From contig NC_086108.1 of assembly GCF_963921235.1 (NCBI RefSeq), forward strand, positions 1,178,001 to 1,242,000: a stretch of DNA of 64,000 nucleotides, given 5' to 3'. Below, piece by piece: positions 1 to 13,045 of the stretch (within the stretch, counting starts at the first letter, position 1; every line of letters starts with the position of its first letter). The notes beneath the pieces were generated by a model. It had not been told where the DNA came from. It saw nothing but the letters and a program-made list of their open reading frames with translations, and did not search any database. This stretch comes from Mobula hypostoma. Lineage: Eukaryota. The translations under genes were made by a program, and so were the position numbers.

Positions 1-59
1 TAAGCTCCATGTACCGATCCAAAAGTCTGTTAAAAGACCCTATCGTATCCGCCTCCACC

Positions 60-2860
60 ACCATTGCCGTCAGCCCATTCTATGCATTCACCACTCTCTG
101 AGTAAAACACTTATCCCTGACATCACCTCTGTACCTACTTCCAAGCACCTTAAAACTGTCACCTCTCGTGTCAGCCATTTCAGCCCTGGGGATAAACCTC
201 CGACTATCGACATGATCAATGCCTCACATTATCTTATACACCTCTATCAGGCCATCTCCCATCCTCCGTCGTTCCAAGGAGAAAAGGCCAAGTTTACTCA
301 ACCTAGTCATGCATGCTAAGGCATGCTCCCCAATCCAGGCAACATCCTTGTAAATCTCCTCTGCACCCTTTCTATGGCTTCTACATCCTTCCTGTAGTGA
401 GGCAACCAGAACTGAGCACAGTACTCCATGTGGGGTCTGACCAGGATCCTATATAGCTGTAACATTACCTCTCGGCTCTTAAACGCAATCCAAGGTGATG
501 AAGGCCAATGCACCATATGCCTTGTTAACCACAGAGTCAACCTGTACAGCAGCTTTCACTGTCCTATGGACTAGGACCCCAAGATCCCTCTGATCCTCCA
601 CACTGCCAAGAGTCTTACCATTAATACTATGTTCTGCCATCATATTTGACCTACCAAAATGAACAACTTCACACTTATCTGGGTTGGACTCCATTTGCCA
701 CTTCTCAGCCCAGTTTTGCATCCTATCAATGTCCCGCTGTAACCTCTGACAGCCCTCCACACTATCCATAACACCCCCAACCTTTGTGTCATCAGCAAAT
801 TTACTCACCCATCCCTCCACTTCCTCATCCAGGTCATTTATAAAAATCACAAAGAGAAGGAGTCCCAGAACAGATCCCTGAGGCACACCACTGGTCACCG
901 ACCTCCATGCAGAATATGACCTGTCTACAACCACTCTTTGCCTTTTGTGGGCAAGCCAATACTGGATCCAAAAGCAAGGTCCCCTTCTATCCCATGCCTC
1001 CTTACTTTCTCCATAAGCCTTGCATGGGGTACCTTATCAAATGCCTTGCTGAAATCCATCTACACTACATCTACTGCTCTACCCTCATCAATGTGTTTAT
1101 GCACATCCTCAAAAAATTCAATCAGGCTCGTAAGGCACGACCTGACTTTGACAAAGCCATGCTGACTATTCCTAATCATATTATACCTCTCCAAATGTTC
1201 ATAAATCCTGCCTCTCAGGATCTTCTTCATTAACTTACCAACCACTGAAGTAAGACTCACTAGTCTATAATTTCCTGGGCTATCTCTACTCCCTTTCTTG
1301 AATAAGGGAACAACATCTGCAACCCTCCAATCCTCCAGAATCTCTCCCATCCCCATTGATGATGCAAGGATAATTAACGGAGGCTCAGCAATCTTCTTCC
1401 TTTCCTCCCACAGTAGCCTGAGGTATATCTCGTCTGGTCCCAGAGACTTATCCAACTTGGTGCTTTTCAAAAGCTCCAGCACATCCTCTTTCTTAATGTC
1501 TATATGCTCAAGCTTTTCAGTCCACTGTAAATCATCTCTACAATCGCCAAGGTCCTTTTAGACAGTGAATACTGAAGCAAAGTATTCATTAAGTACCTCC
1601 ACTGCCTACTCCAGTTCCATACACACTTTTCCACTGTCACACTTGATTGGTCCTATTGTCTCATGTCTTATCCTCTTTCTCTTCACATACTTGTAGAATG
1701 CCTTGGGGTTTTCCTTAATCCTGCTCGCCAAGGCCTTCCCATGGCTCCTTCTGGCTCTCTTAATTTCATTCCTAAACTCCTTCCTGCTAGCCTTATAATT
1801 TTCTAGATCTCTATCATTACCTAGTTTTTTTGAACCTTTCGTAAGCTTTTCTTTTCTTCTTGACTAGATTTTCAACAGCCTTTGTTTCCTATACCTTACC
1901 ATCCTTTCTCTGTCTCATTGGAACGAACCTATGCAGAATGCCACATAAATATCCCCTGAACATTTGCCACATTTCTGCCGTACGTTTCCCTGAGAACATC
2001 TGTTCCCAATTTATACTTCCAATTTCCTGCATGATAGCTTCATATTTCCCCTTACTCCAAATAAACACTTTCCTAACTTGTCTGCTCCTATCCCTCTCCA
2101 ACGCTATAATAAAGAAGATAGAATTGTGATCACTATCTCCAAAATGCTCTCCCACTGAGAGACCTGACACCTGACTAGGTTCACATCCTAATACCAGATC
2201 AAGTACAGTCTTTTGTCTTGTAGGCTTATCTAGATATTGTGTCAGGAAACCTTCCTGAACACACCTAACAAACTCCACCCCATCTAAACCCCTTGCCCTA
2301 GGGAGATTCTAATCCATATTGGGGAAATTAAAATCTCCCATCACGCCAACCCTGTTATTATTGCTCCTTTCCAGAATCTGTCTCCCTATCTGCTCCTTGA
2401 TGTCCCTGTTACTATTGGGTGGTCTTTAAAAAACACCCAGTAGAGTTACTGACCCCTTCCTATTCCTAACTTCCACCCACAGAGACTCTGTAGACAACCC
2501 CTCCATGACTTCCTCCTTTTCTGTAGCTGAGACACTATCCCTAATCAGCATGCTACACACCCCTCCCCGTCCTTTCTGAAACATCTGAAGCCTGGCACTC
2601 GAAGTAACCATTCCTGTTCCTGAGCCATTCAAGTCTCTGTAATGGCCACAACATCATAGCTCCAAGAACTGATCGATGCTCTAAGCTCATCGACTTTGTT
2701 CATGATACTCCTTGCATTAAAATACACATCTCAAGCTACCAGTCAGAGCGCATCCCTTCTTTATTACATGCCTATCTCCCTCTCACACTGCCTACAAGCT
2801 TTCTCTATTTATCAACCAACTGTCCCTCCTCCGTCTCTTCAGTTCGGTTTCCACCCCCCC
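60..2860 (-). pseudogene. CR1 ORF2 (endonuclease-RT), disrupted
   Basis: ORF fragments 2426-2632, 1889-2278, 1060-1482, 479-934 and 316-540 all carry CR1 ORF2 motifs. Confidence 0.85.
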
Positions 2861-2867
2861 AGCAATT

Positions 2868-3793
2868 CTAGTTTAAACTCTCCCCAATAGCCTTAGAAAA
2901 CCTCCCTGCCAGGATATTGGTCCCTCTCAGATTCAAGTACAACCCATCCTTTTTGTACAAGTCACTCCTGCCCCAAAGGAGGTCCCAATGATCCAGAAAT
3001 TTGAATCCCTGCCCCCTGCTCCAATCCCTCAGCCACGCATTTATCCTCCACTTCACTCTATTCCCATACTCACTGTCACGTGGCACAGGCAGCAATCCTG
3101 AGATTACTACCTTTGTGGTTCTACTTCTCAGCTTCTTTCCTAACTCCCTGTAGTCTGTTTTCAGGACCTCTTCCCTTTTCCTCCCTATGTCGTTGGTACC
3201 TATATGTACCACGATCTCTGGTTGTTCACCTTCCCACATCAGGATATCATGGACGCAATCAGAAACTTCCCAGATCCTGGCACCTGGGAGGCAAACTACC
3301 ATCCGTGTTTCTTTCCTGTGTCCACAGAATCGCCTGTCTGACCCCCTAACTATAGAGTCCCCTATCACTGCTGCCATCCTCTTCCTTTCCCTATCCTTCT
3401 GAGCCACAGGGCCAGACTCTATTGCGGCCACTGTTGCTTCCTCCAGGTAGGTCAACCCTTCCAACAGTACTCAAGCTGAAGTACTTATTGTCAAGGGTAC
3501 AGCCACAGGGGTCTCTCCAGTATCTGACTCTTGCCCTTCTCTCTCCTGACTGTTACCCATTTACCTGTGTCCCAAGGCCCCGGTGTGACTACCTGCCTAT
3601 AGCTCCTCTCTATCACCTCCTCACTCTCCCTGACCAGACGAAGGTCATCGAGCTGCATCTCCAGTTCCCTAACACGGTCCCTGAGGAGCTGCAGCTCTAT
3701 GTACCTGGTGCAGATGTGGCCATCCAGGAGGCTGGGAGTCTCCCGGACATCCCACATCTGACACCCAGTACAGAATACCGGTCTCACAGACAT
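2868..3793 (-). pseudogene. CR1 ORF1 (zinc finger/coiled coil + SGNH esterase), frameshifted
   Basis: CTGCQMW..HICTRY, then the coiled coil LRDRVRELEMQL, then SGNH blocks VIGDSIVRG, CLPGAR, VVHIGTND and DGLYLN, split over two frames. Confidence 0.85.
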
Positions 3794-4427
3794 ACTTCCT
3801 ATTCCTATTCTTCACAAGTAACTTACCTCGCCTCCACCCATTAACGCTGAGGCCCTGTTGAGCCAAAGCCCTCCTACTCTGACTCCCTCTACTCGAATGC
3901 CCGCTCTATAAAGTTGTCTTCTTTTTAAATTCTTCTTGACGGTCTAACTCACTGATGTCCACACACCTGCTCAGTCATGCCTCGATCAAACCGCTGAAGA
4001 AAAAATGCTCTCCTTTTAAATTCTTCCCAGTGGTCTAACTCGCTGAGGTCCACTTTAAACCAAGACTTGAACAAGGCTTTAAACCAGGTTCTTAGAGCTT
4101 GCTGTGAGCCAACCTTGTGTGTGTGTTTCCGAAACAAGGGCAACACGCATTGGGCACCTCAAAGAATTGGAGAGACACCCATCAACATTGTCCCTGCAAA
4201 ATCTTCCAAATTCATTGGCAAGATAAGTGAACCACGAACATTTATTTAGTTATTTTATTTAGAGATCTAGCGCAGGACAGGCTCTTCTGGCCCTACAAGC
4301 CCCACAGCCCAACCACCCACCAATTTAACCCTAGCCCAATCACAGGACAATTTACAGACACCAATTAACCTACTAACCGGTACGCCTTTGGACTGTGGGA
4401 GGAAACCAAACTACCCGGAGGAAACCC

Positions 4428-5018
4428 ACATGGCTATATTTCATTAGGAGTTTGAGAAGATTTGGTATTGTCACCAAAAACATTCAAAAATTTCTACAGA
4501 TATACCGTGGAGAGCATTCTGACAGGCTGCGTCACTGTCTGGTATGGGGGCATTGGGGGGCGGGGGGGCTTCTGCACAGGACTGAAATTACCTGCAGAGA
4601 GTTGTAAACTTTGGCAGCTCGTCATGGGCACTAGCCTCCGTAATATCTAGAACACCTTCAAGGAGTGATGCTTCAGAAAGGCAGCATCCATCATTAAGGA
4701 CTCTCATCACCCAGGTCATGCCCTCTTCTCATTGCTACCATTAGGAAAGAGGTACAGAAGCCTAAAGACACAGCTTGTTGATTCAGGAACAGCTTCTTCC
4801 CCTCTGGCATCTGAGTTCTGAATGGACATTAAACCCATGAACACTATCTCATTAGTTTTTATTTCTATTTTTGCACTACTTAATTAATTTAACTATTTAA
4901 TATATACAAATTTACTGTAATTCAGGTACTCTATTATTATGTATTGCATTGTACTTCTGCCACAAAGTCAATAAATTTCACGACATATGCCAGTAATATT
5001 AAACCAGATACTAATTCT
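4428..5018 (+). mobile_element. Rex1/Babar-type LINE 3' fragment inserted in a V-SINE
   Basis: FYRYTVESILTGCVTVWYG motif, then 3' UTR and ATTCTGA tail. The host SINE (about 4255-4427 and 5019-5140, minus) resumes after it. Confidence 0.7.
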
Positions 5019-5224
5019 GAACCCCACGCTCATGGGAAAAACACACAAGCTTTCTTAGAGAGGACGCTGGAATTGAGCTCCGAACTCTGGCGCCCCAAGC
5101 AGTAACAGCGTTGTGCTAACTGTTACGCTACTGTGGCACCCATAGAACAATTCGGCGCAGGAACAGGTCCTTCGGCCCACTATGTTGCAGGGGTCAAATC
5201 AAACTGATCCTTTCTACCTACATA

Positions 5225-5835
5225 ATAAATTTGCCGATGACACAACTATTATTGGCATAATCTCAGAGGGTGATGAGGAGGCGCACAGTAGAGAGACAGA
5301 TCAGCTGGTTAAGTGGTGTCTCAACATCAGCCTTGTACTCAATGGCTAGTAAGACAAAGGAATCAATTGTTGGCTTCAGGAAGGGAAAATGAAGAGATTT
5401 CATCTTGATACAATTATAAAGAAGGCATGAAGATGCTATATTTCATTAGGAGTTTGGGGAGATTTGGTATGTCACCAAAGACCCTAATAATTTTTTTTAG
5501 ATCTACTGTGGAGGGCATTCTAACTGGCTGCAACACCGTATGGTATGGGTGGGGGCCACTGCACAGGGTCGAAGTAATCTGCAGAGAGTTGTAAACTCAA
5601 TCAGCCCCATCATGGGCACTAGCCTCCCCAGCAAACAGGACATCTTCAGAAGGTGTTGCCTCAAGAAAGAGGCTTCCATCATTAAAGACCCTCACCACCC
5701 AGGGCATACCCTTTTCTCATTATTACCATCAGGGAGGAGGTGTAGGAGGTTGAAGGCACAAACTCAATATTTTGGGAACAGCTTCTTCCCCTCCACCATC
5801 AGGCTTCTGAACAGTCCATGAATCCATGAATATTC
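5225..5835 (+). mobile_element. Rex1/Babar-type LINE 3' fragment
   Basis: KFADD remnant followed by DPHHPGHTLFSLLPSGRR..NSFFPSTIRLLN. Confidence 0.75.
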
Positions 5836-6650
5836 CGTTACTATAGTGCAATCTTATTGCATGACCTTTAAACTATAGTAATTAAACATAGAAATGTTTT
5901 ATATGTGCCCCTTCCACCACCAATATCATCTCCCCAGGCCCAGCTCCCTCACTTGGTTCCTTGCTCCACTTTCCTCTCTTATCAGATTCCACCATCTTCA
6001 GCCCTTTGATACTTCCAGCCATCATCTCCCTATTCCCATTCTCACCCCTCTTCACCAGGATCCAGCCATCACCTGCCAGCCTTGCTTCACCCCTTCCCCT
6101 CGCCTCATTATACCTGCTGTGTCCTCTCTATCTTTCAGTCCTGGTGAAGGTTGGCCACCTGAAATGTTGACTGTCTATTTTCCTCCACAGACGCTGCCTG
6201 ACACACAGAGCCTCCTCCAGGAGCTTGTTATTTTTTTTTACACAGTCTACTTGGCTTATTATTCACATTAGTGATTCGCACCAGATTTCCTTCATTATCT
6301 AAATTGAATTCCTTAGTCACTGTGTTCGGATTGGCACTGCTGTCTCCAAGTCAACAGTCCAAGCTTGAAGAATGCAAACAAAACCTGCAGATACTGGACA
6401 TATGAAATAAATCCAAAAACTCTGCAAATACTCAGCAGGTCAGTCAGCAGCCATGGAGAGAGAATGAGGGGGGCTGTCCGGCACAGTCCTCACTGATTTC
6501 ATTTGAGGAGGAAAAAGAATGCATTTACTGTATGTTTTGATGTAGAAATGACAAATAAAGCTAATCTTTAAGTGCTGGACATTTTTTGTATGATGACACT
6601 AAGGAAAATGATCAGAAGACAGAGTAAGTTCTGATGTTAAACATGAAATA

Positions 6651-7209
6651 CAGTCAGTGGCTACTTTATTCGATACTTCCTATACCTAATAAAGTGGCCA
6701 CTGAGTGTATGTTCATGGTCTTCTGCTGCTGTAGCCCATCCACTTGAAGGTTCAATGTGTTGTGTGTCAGAGATGCTCTTCTGCACACCACTGTTCCAAC
6801 ATTTGGTTATCTACATTACTGTCACCTTCCCGGTCAGCTTAAACCAGTCTCTCCACTTTCCTCTGGCCTCTCTCATTACCAAGGTGTTTTCGTCCACAGA
6901 ACTACCACTCACCAGATGATTTTTATTTTGTTTCTCACACCATTTTCTGTAAGCTCTAGAGCCATGTGTGAAAACCTCAGAAGATCAGCAGTTTCTGAGA
7001 TACTTAAACCATACCATCTGGCACCAACAATCATTCATAGTCAAAGTCACTTAGGTTATATTTCCTTCCCATTCTGATGTTTGGTCTGAACAACTGAACC
7101 TCTTGACCATGTCCACATGCTTTTTATGCATTGAGTTGCTGCCATGTGATTGGTTGATTAGATATTTGCATTAATAAGCAGGTGTACCTAATTAAGTGAC
7201 TACTGAGTG
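6651..7209 (-). mobile_element. Non-autonomous Tc1/mariner element with TIRs and TA TSD
   Basis: TA|CAGTCAGTGGCTACTTTATT ... TAATTAAGTGACTACTGAGTG|TA, with a transposase HTH remnant on the minus strand. Confidence 0.8.
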
Positions 7210-7681
7210 TAGATTACTCTAGTTCATCCTTACCATTGATTACAACATAAAAATTACAGCTCCTACTTGGTATTATATGATATTTGCTTCCCTGGAAGCC
7301 TTTACCCACTGTTGATTTTCATCCCGTACTTTTAATGATGCATTAGGAGCCATTTGGCCTGTCAAATCCATGCTGACCCCCCCCCCCATGAGGGCAATAC
7401 TGGTTGTTGACTCACTCTCTCCTCTGATACATCCCCATACCATTCCAACAGCGAGGATGCCCAGGCTAGAAGTCAGCCTTAAACTGGTAAGAGTGCAGTG
7501 AAGATTTGCCAGGAAACAAGGGCCCGAGAGGTTGGGGAGCCTGGGACTTCATTGATATTACTGAGGGCTGATCTTACTGAGGTATATAAAATCATGAGGG
7601 GCACAGATAGGGTGAAACTACTCAATCTTTTTCCCCAGGGAAGGAAATTCAAAAAAAAAACTAGAGGGCATAGGTTTAAGG

Positions 7682-7875
7682 TTGCTGTTCCTTTCCGTAC
7701 CTTGTGGTGTGCGGGCAGCGACTTTGCTGTTTCCTTCACATTTTCTTGGTCTGTTTTTTATGAGGCTGAGTTGCTAGCTTAACACTCAACCCAGCAGAGA
7801 TGGAACGTGTGCAAGGAGCTGGCCGATTCGAAGCTGGGACCACTTGCCTGGAAGCCCACTACACCAGCGGCCAGC
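7682..7875 (-). mobile_element. tRNA-derived SINE with the same head as 22948-23209 but a different tail
   Basis: Shared head (ACCCAGCA..GATGGAA..CAAGGAGCTGGCCGATTCGAA on +); inserted in a CR1 3' fragment. Confidence 0.6.
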
Positions 7876-8149
7876 ATGGGTTTAAGGTGAACTACTTAAA
7901 AGATACAATACGAGATGTTGCCGATGATCTGCATTCTGTGGATTGCAGACAATAGCTCTCTACTCATCTCACACTCGTGATATTTATTTATTTATTTTTA
8001 TTTCATTCATTCTGTACTTGCACAGTTTGTTGTCTTCTGCACTCTGGTTGAACGTCCGAGCTGGACTGGCTTTCATTGATCCTGTTATGGTTATGATTCT
8101 ATAGGTTTATTAAGTACACCTGCATCTCAGGGTTGTATATGGATGGGGT

Positions 8150-8540
8150 TGGTGTGGGATCTCTCTGAAACCTACCGAATATTGAAATGCCTAGATAAAG
8201 TGCACGTGGGGAGGATGTTACCTCTAGTGGGGAGTCCAGGACCAAGACGGCAAGCCTCAGAATAGAGGGACGTTCATTTAGAAGAGAGAGGAGCAGGAAT
8301 TCCTTTAGCCAGAGGGTGGAGAATTTGAGGAATTCATTGCCACAGACAGTTGTTACAGTTGTGGAGGCCAAGTCATTAGGTATATTAAAAACAGAGATTG
8401 ATAGGGTTTTGATTAGTCAGGGCATCAAAGGTTATGGGGAAGAGGCAGGGGCGTGGGATTGAGAGGTGTATTAGATCAGCCATGACTCAAGCGGACTCAC
8501 TGGACCAAATTCTGCTCCTAGGTCTTATGGTCTTATAGTC
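8150..8540 (+). mobile_element. CR1 3' end fragment
   Basis: AGGAATTCCTTTAGCCAGAGGGTGG..AATTC core and TCTTATGG tail typical of the CR1 3' ends in this window. Confidence 0.65.
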
Positions 8541-8944
8541 CAAGTTGCCTTTACTCCTAATTTTGCTGCACAGTCCCAGGCTTGAACTATGGATCTGGAT
8601 TATGAGTTTGAATCCCGTTGCAGGAGTTGGTAAATTTAAGTCAAAAGTTAAATACAAAATGGACAGTAACTACAGAACGAACAGGCTGTTGCCAAAATTT
8701 TTTTTTAAAGGTGGTTCACTGAGGTTTTCCAGAGAAGAAAACTTGCTGTCCTTACCTGAGCTGGTCCAAGTCAATCCCTGGAATTACCATCAGGGAGGAG
8801 GCACAGGGCCTCTGCAGGCCCACATTCAGGAAAGGCTTCTTCCCATCCGCCATCCACTTTCTGAATGGACCATGAACACTACCTTCACCTTTCCACTACT
8901 TGTTGATTTTTGATACTTCTTCTTGTAACATAGTAATTTTCTGC

Positions 8945-9375
8945 AGCTTGTTGGAACCGTTTCTACTGACAGGAGAAGGGGCAAAGGCGAGTTACTGACG
9001 CCTTAAAACCAGTCGCTTTGGGCAGATGGGGTTTGTCAGTCATGGTTGGCAGTTCATCTAGGAGAAGGGATACTCTGAGCTCAAACCTCTGCTGCCTTGC
9101 GGCTACACCCACTCATAGGGAAGGTTTCAGGAGTAAACCCTGAGGGAAAAGTCCAGAGGTGGAGTCCCCAAGGCAGTCCTAAATTGAGTTTAATGTTGAC
9201 TGGCAACTCTTGCAACACTTTAGGTGCCAAACTGTATCAGTCTGTGCTGTTCCTCTGGGTTCATCAGCTTGTTACATGGGCACCAGCTCGCTCTCCAAAT
9301 CGTACCGCCCTGGCTTCTATATCTAGACAGCTAGATGCAACATCCACGGTCGACCCTGAACTACGGAAGCCTACT
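8945..9375 (+). mobile_element. Non-autonomous RTE-like element (family B, partial copy)
   Basis: Homologous to 53765-54346 (minus); RTE 5'-UTR-like CATCTAGGAGAAGG..ACTCTGA..AAACC. Confidence 0.55.
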
Positions 9376-10144
9376 ATTTCTGACATGTACATCAGAACAT
9401 ACATTGAAACGTCTTGTTTGAGTCAACAACCAACACAGTCCAAGGTTGTGCCATGGTCCACATCTGCTGCCAAGCACCAACATAGCATGCCCACAACTTA
9501 CTAACCCTCATCTGTGTGTCTTTGGACTGTGGGAGGAAACAGGAGCACCCGCAGGAAGCAAATGCAGTCACAGGGAGATCGTACAACTCCTTACAGCAGG
9601 AACTGATCAGAAACCAGTACATGGCATAGGTCTAGACTTGAGTAGTAGCTTGGGTACTGACTGCACTGATTGGAGCACTGTGGGCTCGATTATCATTATC
9701 ACACTGCACAGAAACACCCACTCCTGCCTTTCCCCTCAGCTCTCCCCAGATGCACACTGCTCTCCTGGAGGCTGGAGGCATCTTACAGTGGAACAGTCAC
9801 AGGGACTATGTACGAACTCCACACAGACAGCACCCGAGGTCGGAATTGAACCCGGATCTCTGGTGCTGTGAGACAGCAGTACTACCCGCTGTGCCACTGA
9901 GCTACATTCATTGAAAACTGGGGCCTGGATGAAACGAAGTGTTGGGGGATAATACCTGGCCAGGGCAGCTGGAGACCTTCTTTGAACTTCACTGCACCAC
10001 CATTCTAAGAGACCCTCTGACAGAGAACATGGCAGAAGAATCACAGACGACTGGAGCCCCTTCAGCCCACTGGGTCCATGCTTGCCCTGTAGACAGGGAT
10101 CTGGCATTAAATATTCCCCCTTCACCTTTTAACACCAGCAATGG

Positions 10145-10375
10145 GCAGCAAGACAGCGTAGTGGTGAGCACAACGCTTCACAGCACAGGCAACCCAGGTT
10201 CAATTCCCGTCTCTGCCCGTAAGGAGTTTGTACGTTCTCCCTGTGACCGCGGTGGGTTTCCTCCGGGTGCTCTGGTTTCCTCCCACAGTGCAAAGTCATA
10301 CTGGTTGGTAAAATAACTGGTCATTGTAAATTGTCTCGTGATTAGGCCAGGATTAAATCTGGGCGTGGCTTGAAC
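10145..10375 (+). mobile_element. tRNA-derived V-SINE (HE1-like)
   Basis: A box, B box GGTTCAATTCC and V-domain GGGTTTCCTCCGGGTGCTCTGGTTTCCTCCCAC. Related copies near 9390-9600, 11915-12075, 21110-21320, 33700-33850, 40080-40670, 44480-44735, 45310-45600, 55230-55470 and 60700-60910. Confidence 0.75.
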
Positions 10376-11104
10376 TGCCAGTAATCCCCCAGTTTAATCA
10401 GAGACAATTTACAATCACCAGTTAACATACCAACCAGTATGTCTGACCCTTCCAGCCTTATTCTATGCTGTTTCTCAGCAATAAAAAAACATTCCCCCCT
10501 CCAACAGCACATATTAGTGAATCTCCTTGTACTTCTCAGGAAGGGTGACAGGGCCCTGGAGAGTGTTGTAGAGAAAAGAGAGAGCTAGGGATACAAGTCA
10601 ATGGTTCCTTGAAGGTGGAGACACAGTTAGACAGGGTGATGAAGGAGGTGTTTTACACGCATGGCTTCAGCAGTCAAGGTGCTGAGTACAGGAGTTGGAA
10701 TGACGTTACAACTGTTGAGTAGACCATGTTTGTGTGTAGTTCTGATCACCCAGCGATAGGAAGGATGTTATTAAGCTGGAAAGGGTGTCAAAAAGATTTA
10801 CAAAATTATTACTGAATCTGGGGGGCTTGAGGTACAAGGAGAAACTGAATAAGCTGGGGCCTGTCTCCCTGGAGCATCAGGAATTGACAAGTGACTTTCC
10901 AGGAGTTTATAAAACCATGAGGGGTGTAGATCAGATGAACAATGCTTCCCAGGGGACAGAAGTCTCAAACCAGAGGGAATAGGTTTAAGGTGAGAAGAGA
11001 AAGATTTAAAATGGACCCAAGGGACAACTATTTGAGAGCTGATGAGCTGCCAGAGGAAGTGGTAGAGTTGGGTCCAATTGTAATGTTTAAAATACATTTA
11101 GAGA

Positions 11105-11730
11105 GATCAGAATCCGATTTAATATCACCAACATATGTCGTGAAATTTGTTGTCTTTGTGGCAGCAGTATAATAATAGAGAAAAACTGAATCACAATAAA
11201 TATATATAAGTAAATTAAGTAATAGTGCAGAAAAAAGTAGTGAGGTAGTGTTCATGGGTTTAATGTCCATTCCGAAACTGGATGGCAGCGGAGAGGAAAC
11301 TGTTCCTGAATCATTGAGTGTGTGTCTTCAGGCTCCTGTACCTCCTCCCTGACAGTAGCAATGAGAAGAGGGCATGACCTGGGTGATGGGATCCTTAATT
11401 ATGGATGCCACCTTTTTGAAGCATCGCTCCTTGAAGATGTCCTGGATGCTGTGGAGGCTGGTGCCCATGATGGAGCTGACTGAGTTCATAACTTTCTGCA
11501 GCTTATTTCCGATCCTGTGCAGTGGCCCCACTCATACCAGACTGTGAGGCAGCTAGTTAAAATGCTGTCCGCCGTTATCTGCAGAAATTAGCTAGAGTCT
11601 TTGGTGACAAACCAAATTTCCTCAAACTCCTAGTGAAATATAGCCGCTGTCTTGCCTTCTTTATAACTGCATCGATGTGTTGGGTCCAGGTTAGATCCTC
11701 AGAGATGTCGACACCCAGGAACTTGAAAAC
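11105..11730 (-). mobile_element. Rex1/Babar-type LINE 3' fragment
   Basis: LQKVMNSVSSIMGTSLHSIQDIFKERCFKKVASIIKDP; ATCAGAATC tail. Confidence 0.7.
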
Positions 11731-12556
11731 TGATAGGAAAAGGTTTAGACTCTAAAAGGCTTAGACACTACTTAATTTAACTAGTTCCCAACCTGGGGGT
11801 CCATGGACCCCTCAGTTGATGGTAACAATGGTTGGGAACTCCTGGTTTACAAACACAGTCAAGTGGGATGGTCTCAGACCAGCAACTTTACCTGCATGAA
11901 CGTTAAGTGTGTCACGGCAGCATTGCGGTTAGCACAACATGTTACAGCGCCAGTGATAGAAAGGTCAGCGTGTAATTCCAACCGCTGTCTCTAAGGAGTT
12001 TGTACGTTCTCCCCATGACTGCGTGGGTGTCCTCCGAGTGCTCTGGTTTCCTCCTGCAGGCCAGAGACGTGCAGTGAATCTAAGGAATTTATGGCTGTGG
12101 AAGTCTGGTTATTGGGCATATTAAAGCAGAGGTTGATAATATCGTGATTAAGGCATGACAGATTATGGAGAGAAGACAGGAGAATGGGGTTGAGAGGGAT
12201 AATAAATCAGCCACAATGGAATAGCAGAGCAGACTTGATGGGCCAAATGGCCAAATTCTGCTCCTACAATTTGTGATCTTATGGGTTAGTAAGTTGTGGG
12301 CACGCTATGTTGGCACAGAAACACTGTTACCACTCCTCAACCATCAGGCTCTTGAAAGAAAGGGGATAACTTCACCCTGGTCATGCTCTATTCTTGCTCT
12401 TGTCATCAGGAAGGAGGCACAGGAGCCTCAGAACACACACCACCAGGTTCAGGAACAGTTATTATCCCTCAACCATTGGCCTCTTGAACCAAAGGTTATA
12501 ACCTCACTCAAATTCACTTGCCCCATCACTGAAATGTTCCCACAACCGATGGAGTC

Positions 12557-13045
12557 ACTGTCTGGTATGGAGGGGCACAGGACCGAAAGAAGCTGCAAAA
12601 GGTTGTAAATCTAGCCAACTCCATCTTGGGCACTAGTCTGCAAAGTACCCAGGACATCTTTAGGGAGTGGTATCTCAAAAAGGCAGCGTCCATTATTAAA
12701 GACCTCCAGCAGCCAGGGCTGCCCTTTTCTCACTGTTACCATCAAGCAGGAAATACAGACGCCTGAAGACACACACTCAGTGATTCAGGAACAGTTTCTT
12801 CCCCTCTGCCATCCGATTCTGAATGGACATTGAAGCTTTGGACACTACTTCACTTTTTTTTAATATACAGTATTTCTGTTTTTGCACATTTTTAAAAATC
12901 TAATCAATATACATAATTGATTTACTTGTTTGTTTATTGTTTTCTCCCTCTCTCTGCTAGACTATGTATTGCATGGAACTGCTGCTGCTAAGTTAACAAA
13001 TTTCATGTCACATGCCGGTGATAATAAACCTGATTCTGATTCTGA
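12557..13045 (+). mobile_element. Rex1/Babar-type 3' fragment nested in a related 3' UTR
   Basis: Same C-terminal region, ending AAACCTGATTCTGATTCTGA. Confidence 0.65.

Larger units (their letters stand above)
1..4065 (-). mobile_element. Near full-length CR1-clade LINE (HER1-like), decayed
   Basis: ORF1 and ORF2 remnants in the expected order, with RT motifs GVPQGSVLG and SKFADD and endonuclease LDLVL..DSDHN. The 3' end is near the window start; the 5' boundary is approximate. Confidence 0.9.

Noticed and set aside
2868..3464. Host SGNH/GDSL esterase gene
   Set aside because: It is the esterase domain of CR1 ORF1, in register with ORF2.
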